A stretch of 64,000 bases of DNA from Patescibacteria group bacterium (GTDB lineage: Bacteria > Patescibacteriota > Minisyncoccia > CAIUEV01 > JAHKAQ01). The notes under the pieces were generated by a model, which was not told where the DNA came from, ran no database searches, and saw only the letters and a list, made by a program, of their open reading frames with translations. This document shows, piece by piece, positions 20,162-30,580 of the stretch (the stretch's first letter is position 1; every line of letters starts with the position of its first letter). Both the position numbers and the translations under genes were made by a program. The stretch lies in contig JAYEHH010000037.1 in NCBI GenBank assembly GCA_034716235.1, positions 566 through 64,565 on the forward strand, in the 5' to 3' direction.

Positions 20162-20919
20162 TTTTGAATACAGATTTAGCTACTCAATACAAAAGTCAAT
20201 CTCAGAAAGTTAGAGTTTTGACTGAAAATTGGGTAAAAAATGAGATTTTTTGTCCGAATTGTGGGAATATTATTTCTAAATATCCAAACAATAAGCCAGT
20301 TGGAGATTTCTATTGTTCTGATTGTTTAGAAGATTATGAATTAAAAAGTAAAAAAGATTCAATTGGTAATAAAATTGTTGATGGAGCTTATAAAACAATG
20401 ATTGAAAGATTACAAAGCTCTACAAATCCAAATTTTTTCTTTTTAAACTATAATTTGCATACTTACGAAGTTGTAAATTTTGTTGTTATTCCAAAACATT
20501 TTTTTATTCCAGAAATAATTGAAAAAAGGAGACCCTTATCAGAGAATGCTCGTCGTGCTGGCTGGGTTGGTTGTAGTATTTTATTACAAAGTATTCCTGA
20601 AAGTGGAAAGATTTTCTACATTAAAAATCAACGAAAACAAAAAAAAGAAAAAGTTTTAAAAAATTGGCAAAAGACTTTATTTTTAAGACAACCTCAAGAA
20701 ATAGAATTAAAAGGCTGGATTTTAGATATTATGAAGTGCATTGATAAATTAGGGAAAAAGAAATTTTCGCTCGAAGAAATGTATTCATTTGAGAAAATCT
20801 TATCAGAAAAATATCCTGAGAATAATCATATTAAGGATAAAATAAGACAACAACTCCAGTTTTTAAGAGATGAAGGTTATTTAGATTTTTTATCTCGTGG
20901 TATTTATCGTTTAAAATAA
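20152..20919 (+). CDS. DpnI-like (Dam-replacing protein) methyl-directed restriction endonuclease
   Basis: SQKVRVLTENW, CPNCG, NNKPVGDFYC..C, ELKSK, RRAGWVGC, winged-helix KIRQQLQFLRD.G. Confidence 0.9.
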   Translation: MQLILNTDLATQYKSQSQKVRVLTENWVKNEIFCPNCGNIISKYPNNKPVGDFYCSDCLEDYELKSKKDSIGNKIVDGAYKTMIERLQSSTNPNFFFLNYNLHTYEVVNFVVIPKHFFIPEIIEKRRPLSENARRAGWVGCSILLQSIPESGKIFYIKNQRKQKKEKVLKNWQKTLFLRQPQEIELKGWILDIMKCIDKLGKKKFSLEEMYSFEKILSEKYPENNHIKDKIRQQLQFLRDEGYLDFLSRGIYRLK

Positions 20920-20922
20920 AAA

Positions 20923-22218
20923 ATGGAAAAAGAAAAGTTAGCTAAAAAGAAAAAGAAGAAGACTATGTCTTTGTCTTTCCCGAATGATTTTTTTTGGGGA
21001 AGTTCTACTTCGTCTTATCAAGTAGAGGGTGGGAATGTAAATGACTGGAGCCAATGGGAAAAGAAAAATGCTAAAAAATTAGCTCATTCGGCAAAAAGTT
21101 ATTGGAAACCTTGGCAAATAAAAAAATTTCCCCAAATACTTTCTCCAGATAATTATATTTGCGATAAAGCTTGTGATCACTATCATCGCTACGAAGAGGA
21201 CTTTGATTGGATTAAATCCTTACATCAAAATGCCCATCGTCTTTCTATAGAGTGGTCACGAATAGAACCAGCAGAAGGAAGATTTGATAAAAAAGAACTC
21301 CAGCATTATAGGAAAGTGCTAGAGGCTTTAAGGGCGAGAGGAATTGAACCTTTTGTAACTTTGAAACATTATACTAATCCAATCTGGCTTTCTGAAAAGG
21401 GAGGAATAGCGAGCCCAGCTTATCCGCGTTTATTTTCTCGTTATGTTCAAAAAGTGGTTCAAGAATTGGGCGATCTTTGCCAATATTGGATTACGGTGAA
21501 TGAACCGATGGTGATTATTCATAATGCCCATCTAACAAATAATTCTTGGCCCGGAGAAAAAAGCCTTATAAAAGCTCATAAATATTTTACTGCAACGGTT
21601 AAAGCTCACAATATGGCTTATGATTGCATTAAGCAAAAATTTCCCCAGGCTCAGATTGGTGTCGCCAAGCTTTTAAATTCTTGGGAACCGGTCAATAAAA
21701 AATCTTTCCTAGATATGTTAACCGTTAGATTAGCTCGTTATTTTAGCAATGAAAAATTTATCAACGCGATAAAATCTAAATTAGATTTTATAGGAGTAAA
21801 TTATTATTTTCATGATCAATTAAAATTTCCGTATCAACGTGTAACTACAAAAACGAAAGTTTCTGATTTGAATTGGGAAATTTATCCCAAGGGTATCTAT
21901 AAAGTATTGCAGGAAATTAAAAAATATAATCTTCCAATTTATATTACGGAAAATGGCTTAGCGGATGCGAGTGATAAATATAGAGCAGATTTTATTAAGG
22001 AACATCTGTTTTGGATAAATAAAGCCATTCAAGAAAAAATTCCAGTTAAAGGATATTTTCATTGGTCCCTTATGGATAATTTTGAGTGGAATAAAGGTTT
22101 TTGGCCTCGTTTTGGTCTTCTAGAAATAGATTATCACACGCTGACAAGAAAACTTCGTCCTAGTGGTAAAATTTACGCTGAAATTTGTGCTACTAATAAG
22201 CTTAAATTTGATAAATGA
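20923..22218 (+). CDS. Glycoside hydrolase family 1 (beta-glucosidase-like)
   Basis: WGSSTSSYQVEG, SIEWSRIEP, TVNEP, ITENG, DNFEW. Confidence 0.93.
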   Translation: MEKEKLAKKKKKKTMSLSFPNDFFWGSSTSSYQVEGGNVNDWSQWEKKNAKKLAHSAKSYWKPWQIKKFPQILSPDNYICDKACDHYHRYEEDFDWIKSLHQNAHRLSIEWSRIEPAEGRFDKKELQHYRKVLEALRARGIEPFVTLKHYTNPIWLSEKGGIASPAYPRLFSRYVQKVVQELGDLCQYWITVNEPMVIIHNAHLTNNSWPGEKSLIKAHKYFTATVKAHNMAYDCIKQKFPQAQIGVAKLLNSWEPVNKKSFLDMLTVRLARYFSNEKFINAIKSKLDFIGVNYYFHDQLKFPYQRVTTKTKVSDLNWEIYPKGIYKVLQEIKKYNLPIYITENGLADASDKYRADFIKEHLFWINKAIQEKIPVKGYFHWSLMDNFEWNKGFWPRFGLLEIDYHTLTRKLRPSGKIYAEICATNKLKFDK

Positions 22219-23129
22219 TTTTAGGCTTAACAATTGCAATCTTCGCTTATTTTTTAAATGCTATCACAACGATAGTGGATAAGTATTTATTACGACGTTC
22301 TGTCCCCAGTCCGATAAGCTATGGTTTTTACATGGGGATTTTAAGTATTTTTGCTCTTCCGCTTTTTATTTTTGGATTTGAATACCCAGGTTTTCTTTTA
22401 TTACTGTTTGATTTTTTAGCCGGCTTCGTTTTCTTGATTTCCATTTTGCTAATGTATGTTGCTTTGAAGAATGGAGAGGCTTCTAGAGTGATGCCAATTA
22501 TTGGAGGGCTAACCCCGATTCTACTTTATGTTTACGAAACCTTAATCGCCAAGAACCACATTGGCAGTGGGCAACTAGTAGCCTGTAGCCTGTTAATTGC
22601 TGGAAGTATTTTAATCTCAATGAGAATAAAAAATAATAAAAAACATCAGCAACGAATACATTTTGAGAGTTTAGGCATTGCGACTCTCTCTGCTTTTTTC
22701 TTAGCTGGCTATTTTATTTTGATAGATCAAATTTACACAACCCAGGTTTTTATAGCTGGTTTTGTTTGGACTAGAATAGGCAGTTTTTTAGGAGCCCTAT
22801 TATTACTAAGCTTTCAAAAAAATCGAAAGAAAATATTTATTACTACCAAAAAAATAAAATTAACTGTAGCCAGTATTGTAATCTCTAATAAAATTATTGC
22901 TGGGATAGCTTTTATTTTGTTAAATTTAGCTGTAGCTAAATCTTCTGGTTTGATAGTAAATTCATTAAATGGGACGCAATATGTATTTTTGTTCTTAATG
23001 ATTATTATTCTATCGTATAAATATCCTAAAATAATCAAAGAAAAGTTTAATAAATGGGTAATTTGGCAAAAGTCTTTGGCACTTGTTTTGGTTGGGATGG
23101 GATTAGTTCTCCTTTTTATAGCCAATTAG
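22215..23129 (+). CDS. EamA/DMT-family membrane transporter
   Basis: About 10 TM segments in two repeats; GEASRV motif. Confidence 0.7.
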   Translation: MILGLTIAIFAYFLNAITTIVDKYLLRRSVPSPISYGFYMGILSIFALPLFIFGFEYPGFLLLLFDFLAGFVFLISILLMYVALKNGEASRVMPIIGGLTPILLYVYETLIAKNHIGSGQLVACSLLIAGSILISMRIKNNKKHQQRIHFESLGIATLSAFFLAGYFILIDQIYTTQVFIAGFVWTRIGSFLGALLLLSFQKNRKKIFITTKKIKLTVASIVISNKIIAGIAFILLNLAVAKSSGLIVNSLNGTQYVFLFLMIIILSYKYPKIIKEKFNKWVIWQKSLALVLVGMGLVLLFIAN

Positions 23130-23185
23130 GGGTATCTAGATAAATTTTAAATTTTCAAATAAAATCGTTTGTCTTTGTTGGATGG

Positions 23186-23251
23186 GTCATTCCCGCCTTT
23201 ACAGGAATGACATATCTGTCAGTGAATTATCTAACTTTTACAGGAATGACA
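23186..23251. repeat. GTCATTCC/GGAATGAC repeat with conserved linker
   Basis: Near reverse complement of 44511-44558. Confidence 0.8.
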
Positions 23252-23294
23252 GGTCTCGCGACAAAAAATTTTCTAACTTTAAAATTTCTTCCTC

Positions 23295-24299
23295 ATGTTA
23301 TCTAAAAAAATAAAATTATTCACATTAGTATTAATTTTGGTTTTTGGTAGTGGCCTATTTTTAATGCTCCGTAAGCCTTCAAATTATACGGAAGATATTA
23401 AATGGGGAATTACTTATTCTAAATTTTTTGCAGAAAAAGCAGGGCTTGATTGGCAAAAAACCTACCTTGCTATTTTAGATGACCTGGGAAGTAAAAAGAT
23501 ACGCTTGCCCGTCTATTGGCAATTTGTAGAGCAGAAAGAAGGGGAGTACGACTTTGCAGACCTAGACTGGATGATGGAGGAGGCCGAAAAACGTCAAGTA
23601 GAAATCATTTTAGTTGTTGGAAGAAAAGTACCTCGTTGGCCAGAATGTCATATTCCTGATTGGGCAAGAGAGCTAGATGAATCTGAGCAACAAGCGAAAA
23701 TACTTAAACTTATTGAAGTAGTGGTTAAACGTTATCGAGAGTCTGATAGTCTTGCCGTTTGGCAGATTGAGAATGAACCCTTCTTAGCTTTTGGAGAATG
23801 TCCAGCTCTAGATGTTGACTTTCTTGATCAAGAAATAAAGAAAACAAAGTCATTGGATCCAAAACATCCAATCTTAATTACGGATAGCGGAGAAATGAGT
23901 ATTTGGCTTAGGGCGGCCAAAAGGGGAGATATCTTTGGAACAACCATGTATAGAATAATTTGGAATAAACATTTGAAGTATTTCAAGTATCCTCTACCTC
24001 CAAGGTTTTTCTGGATGAAAGCTAACTTAATAAATTTATTCTATAAAGATAAACCGATAATTGTTTGTGAACTCCAAGGAGAATATTGGGGACCCAAACA
24101 ATCCTATGAAACTCCATTGGCGCTTGAAATGGAACATTATCCCTTGGAAGAATTTCAGCAGAGCTTAGCTTATGCGAAAGCGGTTGGATTTGGTGAAGTT
24201 TATTTGTGGGGAGTAGAATGGTGGTACTGGCTCAAAGAAGAACATGGTGATGCTACCTATTGGGAAGAAGCTAAAACATTACTTCAACAATCAGATTAA
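23295..24299 (+). CDS. Membrane-anchored TIM-barrel glycoside hydrolase (GH-A clan; GH5/GH42-like)
   Basis: IRLPVYW, PRWPECH, WQIENEP, ELQGE. Confidence 0.75.
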   Translation: MLSKKIKLFTLVLILVFGSGLFLMLRKPSNYTEDIKWGITYSKFFAEKAGLDWQKTYLAILDDLGSKKIRLPVYWQFVEQKEGEYDFADLDWMMEEAEKRQVEIILVVGRKVPRWPECHIPDWARELDESEQQAKILKLIEVVVKRYRESDSLAVWQIENEPFLAFGECPALDVDFLDQEIKKTKSLDPKHPILITDSGEMSIWLRAAKRGDIFGTTMYRIIWNKHLKYFKYPLPPRFFWMKANLINLFYKDKPIIVCELQGEYWGPKQSYETPLALEMEHYPLEEFQQSLAYAKAVGFGEVYLWGVEWWYWLKEEHGDATYWEEAKTLLQQSD

Positions 24300-24324
24300 A
24301 AATAATAACACATAAGAATTTATC

Positions 24325-25197
24325 ATGAAATTTACTATTGGTTTTGACATTGGAGGGTCTAGTATCAAAAGTGTTGTTTACGGCAAGGGGAAAATAATGT
24401 TTAAACATTCCGAGGATAGTCGGGATATTACCAATATCCACGAACTTACAAAAAAATTATCTAAAATATACCAAAAAATGCACCGGCAATTTAAAATTGA
24501 AAAAAATCCATTGGTTGGGGTAGCTATTGCTGGAGTTTTAGACAAAAAAAGAGAGATTATGTTGAAAAGTCCAAATATTCCCTATTTAGATGGGCTAAAT
24601 TTAAGAAAAATATTCACCAAACAGCTTAAGGGAAGAATTTTTTTGGAGAATGACGCCAACTGTTTTCTTATTAGAGAAAAAGAAAAAGGAGTACTCAAAA
24701 ATATTAAAAGTGCTTTCTGCCTAACTCTAGGAACGGGCATTGGAGGAGCAATTCTTTTAAATGGAGAAATTTATAGAGGATATAATGGAGCAGCTGGAGA
24801 AATAGGACATATGATTATGGGAGAAAAAAATAATTTTGAATTTGAAGATTTAGCTTCAATAAAATTATTGAAAAAACATTTGAATCTTGGTCCCCAAGAA
24901 GTCAAAAAATTAGCAGACATTGGCGATAAAAAAGCCTTGAAGGTTTTAAAAACTTTCGGAGAGAATTTAGGAGCAGGTATCGCGAATATTATAAATATTT
25001 ATGATCCGCAACTTATAATTATTGGAGGAGGATGCGCCCAGCTTAAAAAACACCTTTTGCCAGTAGTGGAAAAAGTAGTAAGGAGTAAGATTGTCTCCCC
25101 ACCAGCTAAAACAACTGAAATAATTTTTATTTGGGAAGGCTCTAAATCTATTTTTGTGGGAGCAGAAGGAGCAGCTATTATGACTCAAAAAAAATAA
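24325..25197 (+). CDS. ROK family sugar kinase (glucokinase-like)
   Basis: GFDIGGS, LENDAN, LGTGIGG, AGEIGH. Confidence 0.92.
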   Translation: MKFTIGFDIGGSSIKSVVYGKGKIMFKHSEDSRDITNIHELTKKLSKIYQKMHRQFKIEKNPLVGVAIAGVLDKKREIMLKSPNIPYLDGLNLRKIFTKQLKGRIFLENDANCFLIREKEKGVLKNIKSAFCLTLGTGIGGAILLNGEIYRGYNGAAGEIGHMIMGEKNNFEFEDLASIKLLKKHLNLGPQEVKKLADIGDKKALKVLKTFGENLGAGIANIINIYDPQLIIIGGGCAQLKKHLLPVVEKVVRSKIVSPPAKTTEIIFIWEGSKSIFVGAEGAAIMTQKK

Positions 25198-25284
25198 TAT
25201 TTTTTGCTAAAAAACCACTAGAGTGTTTTTTTAAATAATGTATAATAGATTACATCGCATAATAGATTTATAGATTAAAACAAA

Positions 25285-27609
25285 ATGTTATCTAAAAAAC
25301 CAGCTATTTTTATTTTATTTTATACCCTGCTTTTTACTTTTCCGATTGTTTTTTTCTTGTTTTTTAGAATTCCCGGTAAATATGCAGATACCTATCAAGT
25401 TTGGGGAAAAGCATTGGAATTTAGGAATCTAATCGCAGAAAAGGGAATAATTGAGACTATTGGGTGGCAATTACATAATCTACGGATTACTCCCATTGAA
25501 GCCATTGGTTGGGCTCAAAAAATTACCAATCAATTTATGGGCTATAATTTAGTCTGGTTGTTTTCTTTTTTTATGGCAGCTTGGGGGATGTATTGCCTGG
25601 CTAATTATTTGATTAAAAACCGTTTTGCAGCCATTACTTCGGCCATAATTTTTTCTTTTTCTCCTTTCCATTTTTTTCAAGGAATATCTACCAATATTGG
25701 AACAATGCACTACGAATGGATTCCGTTTTTTGTCCTGTATTTGATTAAATTTTTAAGAAATACCAAATTAAAGGATTTTCTTCTAACTGCTTTGTTTTTA
25801 GTGTTGATTGCTCTAGCCGAACATCAACTGCTAGCCTTTACTTTAATTCTAGCGAGTATTTTAACGGTGGCCTTTCTTATAAAAAATCGCCGGGTTCTTT
25901 ATCGGTTTAAATTTTGGCTTTATGGGGCAGGAGGTATCTTAATTTTGTTACTAGCCATTAAATTTATTTTCGGAGGATTACTAGAAGTCACCCAATCGGA
26001 AGAAAATTATTTAGATCCTGGATCGGATCAAGTAAAGCGTTATTCAACCGATGCCGTTGATTTTTTTGTTCCTGCTTCAATCAATCCTTTTTGGGGAGAA
26101 AAATTTAATTATTTACGTAAAGATACAGAAGCCAATGGAATGGGACGACAATCTAATTATATTGGTTATACGGTAATATTTTTAATATTGCTTTCTTTAC
26201 TAAGCCTCTTAGGTACTCAAAAAAGACCCGCTATTAAATTATTTTTTTTAGGTATAGGTATTTTCTTTGCTATTTTAAGTCTAGGACCCTACTTACACTG
26301 GAAAGGAGAAATTAGGGAAGGGCTCTGGATGCCGTACACCTTTTTATACGAGCATATCCCTTTTTGGTATATTATCCGAACGGTTAATCGTTTGTATGTT
26401 ATTTCTTTGTTAGGTTTTGCCTTGTCAGCAGGGTTTGGTCTAAACTATGTTTTAAGTTTTTTAGATGGTAAGAAAAAAAAGGCCACAGAGGAAGAGAATG
26501 AAAAAAATAGAAAAAACAGAGTAGAGGCTCAGGAAGAAAAACCGAATAATATTTCTCAAAAAGAGAAAGCAGTACTTTCTCCAAGACAAATAAGGATAGA
26601 ACAGAATAAAGTAGCTGGCACTAAATTTTCTAAATTTCTTAAAAATAAATCTCTTGAATTTTTTAGAAACAAGCCTTTATTTATAACCACTATTTTTATT
26701 TTATTAATTTCCATAGAGTATTTAAGCATCCCGGTTCCTACTCTTACCTTAGATTATAGTCGGTTTTATGATGATTTGGCCGCTGAGGAAGGGGATTTTT
26801 CAATTATAGATATTCCCGGAGCCACCAGTTATGATTATGGCTCCAAGTTGATGTTCTACGATCGCATTCACCAAAAGAATAATTTAGCCGGTATGGATTT
26901 TGCTAGGATTATTGAAGATAAGTGGGATTTTCAAAAAAATACTCCCATTTTAGGTGATTTATTGTACAGTCTTTCTACTGGAGGGAAGCCTCCCAACAAG
27001 GAAATTATTAATGATTATTATTATAATTTAGCTACTAAGATATTGAATTTTTACAATATAAAATATATTATAGTTTCTAAGGCCTATCTCAGGGATAGTA
27101 AAAAATTTGATGGTGAAGCCTATGAAAATACTTTGAATTTCATTGATGGCCAATTAGATGCCGAACTGGTTTATGAGGATAACTTTTTAGTGGCTTTTAA
27201 AATTAATCCAAGTAAGCAACTAGATGGATGGTTTTTAGCTCTAGATCTTACTGGAGATTATTGGGCAAAAAAGGAAGGAGAAAAAGACTCTGTGGCTCGT
27301 TGGGCCAAAAATGGAGCCAGTTTAAGGCTAGTTAATATGGGTGACTCTCCTCAAAAAATACGCTTGTCTTTTAAGACTAGAATTAGAGATCTTCGGAGGG
27401 TGGAAGTTTATCTAAATGGGGTTAAACAAGGTGGTTTTAAAACTAAGGAAAAGAAAGAAGAGCATGCTGTCCTGTTAGAAGAAGTTGTTCCGGGAGACAA
27501 TCGGATAGTTTTTAAAATCTTAGACCTAGCTGGAAATTATGTAGAAAGCTATGAGCTAAAAAAGGGAATTAAATTTTCTAATTTCAAAACTGTGAGTTGG
27601 GACAAATAG
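25285..27609 (+). CDS. Multi-pass membrane protein, probable GT-C-fold glycosyltransferase
   Basis: GYNL, FSFSPFH, SLGPY, PF..IR...R; many TM segments plus a soluble C-terminal domain. Confidence 0.55.
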   Translation: MLSKKPAIFILFYTLLFTFPIVFFLFFRIPGKYADTYQVWGKALEFRNLIAEKGIIETIGWQLHNLRITPIEAIGWAQKITNQFMGYNLVWLFSFFMAAWGMYCLANYLIKNRFAAITSAIIFSFSPFHFFQGISTNIGTMHYEWIPFFVLYLIKFLRNTKLKDFLLTALFLVLIALAEHQLLAFTLILASILTVAFLIKNRRVLYRFKFWLYGAGGILILLLAIKFIFGGLLEVTQSEENYLDPGSDQVKRYSTDAVDFFVPASINPFWGEKFNYLRKDTEANGMGRQSNYIGYTVIFLILLSLLSLLGTQKRPAIKLFFLGIGIFFAILSLGPYLHWKGEIREGLWMPYTFLYEHIPFWYIIRTVNRLYVISLLGFALSAGFGLNYVLSFLDGKKKKATEEENEKNRKNRVEAQEEKPNNISQKEKAVLSPRQIRIEQNKVAGTKFSKFLKNKSLEFFRNKPLFITTIFILLISIEYLSIPVPTLTLDYSRFYDDLAAEEGDFSIIDIPGATSYDYGSKLMFYDRIHQKNNLAGMDFARIIEDKWDFQKNTPILGDLLYSLSTGGKPPNKEIINDYYYNLATKILNFYNIKYIIVSKAYLRDSKKFDGEAYENTLNFIDGQLDAELVYEDNFLVAFKINPSKQLDGWFLALDLTGDYWAKKEGEKDSVARWAKNGASLRLVNMGDSPQKIRLSFKTRIRDLRRVEVYLNGVKQGGFKTKEKKEEHAVLLEEVVPGDNRIVFKILDLAGNYVESYELKKGIKFSNFKTVSWDK

Positions 27610-27649
27610 TGGTTAAGCTATTATGCTAATCTAACACTTGATATAATCT

Positions 27650-29524
27650 ATGAGTTATAAAGTAAAAAATAAATTTACCATTCTTATAATTTTAGCTATC
27701 CTCGTCTTATTTGGTGCCTGTCTTCGTTTATATCGGCATGATGATTTCCTACATTTTCAATTAGATCAAGCCCGAGATGCTATGGTTATTAGCAAAGCTG
27801 TTGAAGAAGGATTGGGAGAGTTGCCCTTATTGGGCCCAAGAGCTGCTGGAACAATGTTGAGATTGGGACCAGCTTTTTACTATTTGGAGTATCTGAGCGC
27901 TAAATTATTCGGTAATTCTCCAGCCGGGATGAATGGTATTAATTTGTGGCTTTCTATTTTTTCTATCCCACTTATTTATTTGTTGTTTCGTTGGTATTTT
28001 TCTCGTCTGACCAGTGTTTCTATTACAACAATTTATACAGTGTCTTTATTTACGGTAACCTATGGACGCTTTGCCTGGAACCCCAATCCGCTCCTTTTCT
28101 TTGTTCCTAGCCTTCTTATCAGTTTGTTATTGTTAGCTAAAGGTGGGAATAAACGGACTCAAATATGGTTTATCTATCTAACTGCTATTTTATTGGCTAC
28201 TACTATTCAGCTTCATTTCTTAGCTTTTATAGTTTTCCCATTATTGATTTTTCTGTTTTTACTTTATCAAAAATTAAGAGACAAATTTTTTACCACTGCT
28301 GAAAAAATACCAAAAATTTCTCAACATTATTGGTTGCATTACTTATTGGCTGGGGTATTAATTCTAGCAATAAATACTCCTATTTTTATAAATGAATATC
28401 TAACTCAAGGAGATAATACTAAAGAATTTTTTGAAGCAGTTGTTGCTAAGACCGAAAAAAATGAAAGGTACAGCCAGCTAGAGAAATTAACCAGGAATGC
28501 GGGAAAGTATGCTCAAGGTTATTTCTTAATAGTGACTGGTGTTGAAAAAACTAAAGTTCCAGAAGTTTGGTTTACAAAGGGGAGTTGGATAATCAATACT
28601 ACTGCCGATGTTGTCTGCGATTATACTTGCAGAAAAAGACTTCCATTGATGTCGGTAGCAGTGCTTTTTTTTATGGGAGGAATAACTTTCTTTTTGAATG
28701 ATATAATAAAACTTTGGAAACGAAAGGCTAAAAAGGAGTCCGATCTAAAAAAAATCAATTTCTTGGTTTTAAATGTTTTGCTTTTTAGTATTACTTTCTT
28801 TGTTTTTTTATCATCTGCTTTTAAATTTCCGCCTAGGTTTTTACTAACAACTTTTCCAGTAGCTTTTGTTTTTTTGGGATTGTGGTTAGAAAAACTGAGT
28901 AGCGTTGTGGGTATAATAGCAAAAAAAATCAATGCTAAAATTACTAAACAGGGGATTAGTAAAATTAAAGCAGGATTGATAATCTTAATAACTTTAATGT
29001 TGGCTTACTTTAATCTAATGTTTGTTATTGAACGTTTCATTTCTCAATCAGCGGCTCATACAGAAAATTATATTAATGTTGAAAGAGACTTGGTGCTTAA
29101 GGAAGATATTCGTTTTACCTTACTCCAGCAAAATTTAATTGTTGATTGGATTTTAGAGAATTCAAACAACAACCCAATTTTTGTTTGGGCACCACCTAAA
29201 TATTACCGTCCCTTTCTTTACCATTTAAGATATCAAAGAGGTAGAAAAAATAGTCGAAGATTGCGTTGTAGTGCTCCCTGTAGCCAAGCAACATATTTTG
29301 CAATAACTCGGGCCACTGCTCCAGATGATTTTTTCGAAAAAGATGGAAAATTGTTCAAGGCCGTAATCAGCCAAAATTTTGGTACCTTTGTGGCACATAA
29401 GCTTATTCTTAAAGATGCTAGTTCAGCAGAACAGGAGCAATGTGAGCCTTTTACAGAAAAAAAAGCGGAAAGTTATGCTAGAAGATATACCTGGAAAGAA
29501 GCCTTTAACCCAGCTTCTAGATAG
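27650..29524 (+). CDS. ArnT/PMT-like (GT83/GT39) membrane glycosyltransferase
   Basis: DQARD, PLLGP, LGPAFYYL, RFAWNPN, QLH. Confidence 0.75.
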   Translation: MSYKVKNKFTILIILAILVLFGACLRLYRHDDFLHFQLDQARDAMVISKAVEEGLGELPLLGPRAAGTMLRLGPAFYYLEYLSAKLFGNSPAGMNGINLWLSIFSIPLIYLLFRWYFSRLTSVSITTIYTVSLFTVTYGRFAWNPNPLLFFVPSLLISLLLLAKGGNKRTQIWFIYLTAILLATTIQLHFLAFIVFPLLIFLFLLYQKLRDKFFTTAEKIPKISQHYWLHYLLAGVLILAINTPIFINEYLTQGDNTKEFFEAVVAKTEKNERYSQLEKLTRNAGKYAQGYFLIVTGVEKTKVPEVWFTKGSWIINTTADVVCDYTCRKRLPLMSVAVLFFMGGITFFLNDIIKLWKRKAKKESDLKKINFLVLNVLLFSITFFVFLSSAFKFPPRFLLTTFPVAFVFLGLWLEKLSSVVGIIAKKINAKITKQGISKIKAGLIILITLMLAYFNLMFVIERFISQSAAHTENYINVERDLVLKEDIRFTLLQQNLIVDWILENSNNNPIFVWAPPKYYRPFLYHLRYQRGRKNSRRLRCSAPCSQATYFAITRATAPDDFFEKDGKLFKAVISQNFGTFVAHKLILKDASSAEQEQCEPFTEKKAESYARRYTWKEAFNPASR

Positions 29525-29601
29525 ACTTTCTTGCCAATTGGGTTTATCTTGTATAGAGTTGGAAGATTAGTAGAAACTTTAAAAACTTTAAACTACCTAC
29601 C

Positions 29602-30540
29602 ATGACCGTTAAACAAATCTATCAATTAGCTATCCAAGCAGGGATTAAAAATGATTTACGGAGTCAAAAAGTTATCAATGAACAGCTTAAACAAGCAAAA
29701 GCAAAATATCAAAAACTTGATAAAGTAAAAAAGAAATTTTTTGACAAAGAGCGTTTAACCAATCCTTTTTCGGACAGTCGAACCCATGTTGATGCCAATA
29801 AAAAATCCGTAAAGAAAGCTTTGGTTGGTATTGATATCACCAGTGGCGAAGTATTACTGGCTAAAGAATTAGGAGTGGATTTAATTATAGGCCATCATCC
29901 AGTTGGTTTAGCTTTGCATGGGTTAGACGATGTAATGCGTCTTCAAGCAGATGTTTTGGAAATGTACGGAGTTCCTATTAATGTTGCCGAAGGGGTATTG
30001 AAGGAAAGAATTTCTGAAGTAGCTAGAGGAGTTCATTCTTCCAATTCTTTCGTTTCGGTAGATGTGGCTCGTAATTTAGGGATTAGTTTTATGAATTTAC
30101 ATACTCCGGCAGATAATATGGTGGCCACTTTTATTAAAAGACGATTAGAAAAAGAAAAGCCACTTTATGTTAAGGAAATTCTAGCTTCTTTGGAAAAAAT
30201 TCCCGAATACCAAGAAGCAATGAGAAGAGGTTCTGCCCCCGCTCTTTACTCTGGCAATCCTGAGAATAGGACTGGAAAAATCGCTGTAACGGAAATAACG
30301 GGAGGGACAGAAGGATCTCCAGCTATTTATGAAAAAATGGCTAATGCTGGTATTGGAACAATTATTGCAATGCACCAATCGGAAAAACATGCTCGCAGTG
30401 CTAAAAAAGCTCATATTAATGTGGTAGTAGCTCCGCATATTGCTTCAGACTCAATCGGTATGAATTTAATCATGGATATATTAGAAAAAAAAGGTATTCA
30501 GATAATAGTTGCCGGAGGGTTTATTAGAGTAAAAAGATAA
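29602..30540 (+). CDS. NIF3-like (NGG1p-interacting factor) metal-binding protein
   Basis: GIDI, GHHP, HTPADN, MHQSE, HIASDSIGMN. Confidence 0.8.
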   Translation: MTVKQIYQLAIQAGIKNDLRSQKVINEQLKQAKAKYQKLDKVKKKFFDKERLTNPFSDSRTHVDANKKSVKKALVGIDITSGEVLLAKELGVDLIIGHHPVGLALHGLDDVMRLQADVLEMYGVPINVAEGVLKERISEVARGVHSSNSFVSVDVARNLGISFMNLHTPADNMVATFIKRRLEKEKPLYVKEILASLEKIPEYQEAMRRGSAPALYSGNPENRTGKIAVTEITGGTEGSPAIYEKMANAGIGTIIAMHQSEKHARSAKKAHINVVVAPHIASDSIGMNLIMDILEKKGIQIIVAGGFIRVKR

Positions 30541-30580
30541 TAAACATTGTAGCAATTAATTATTTAGTAGGATTATTAAT

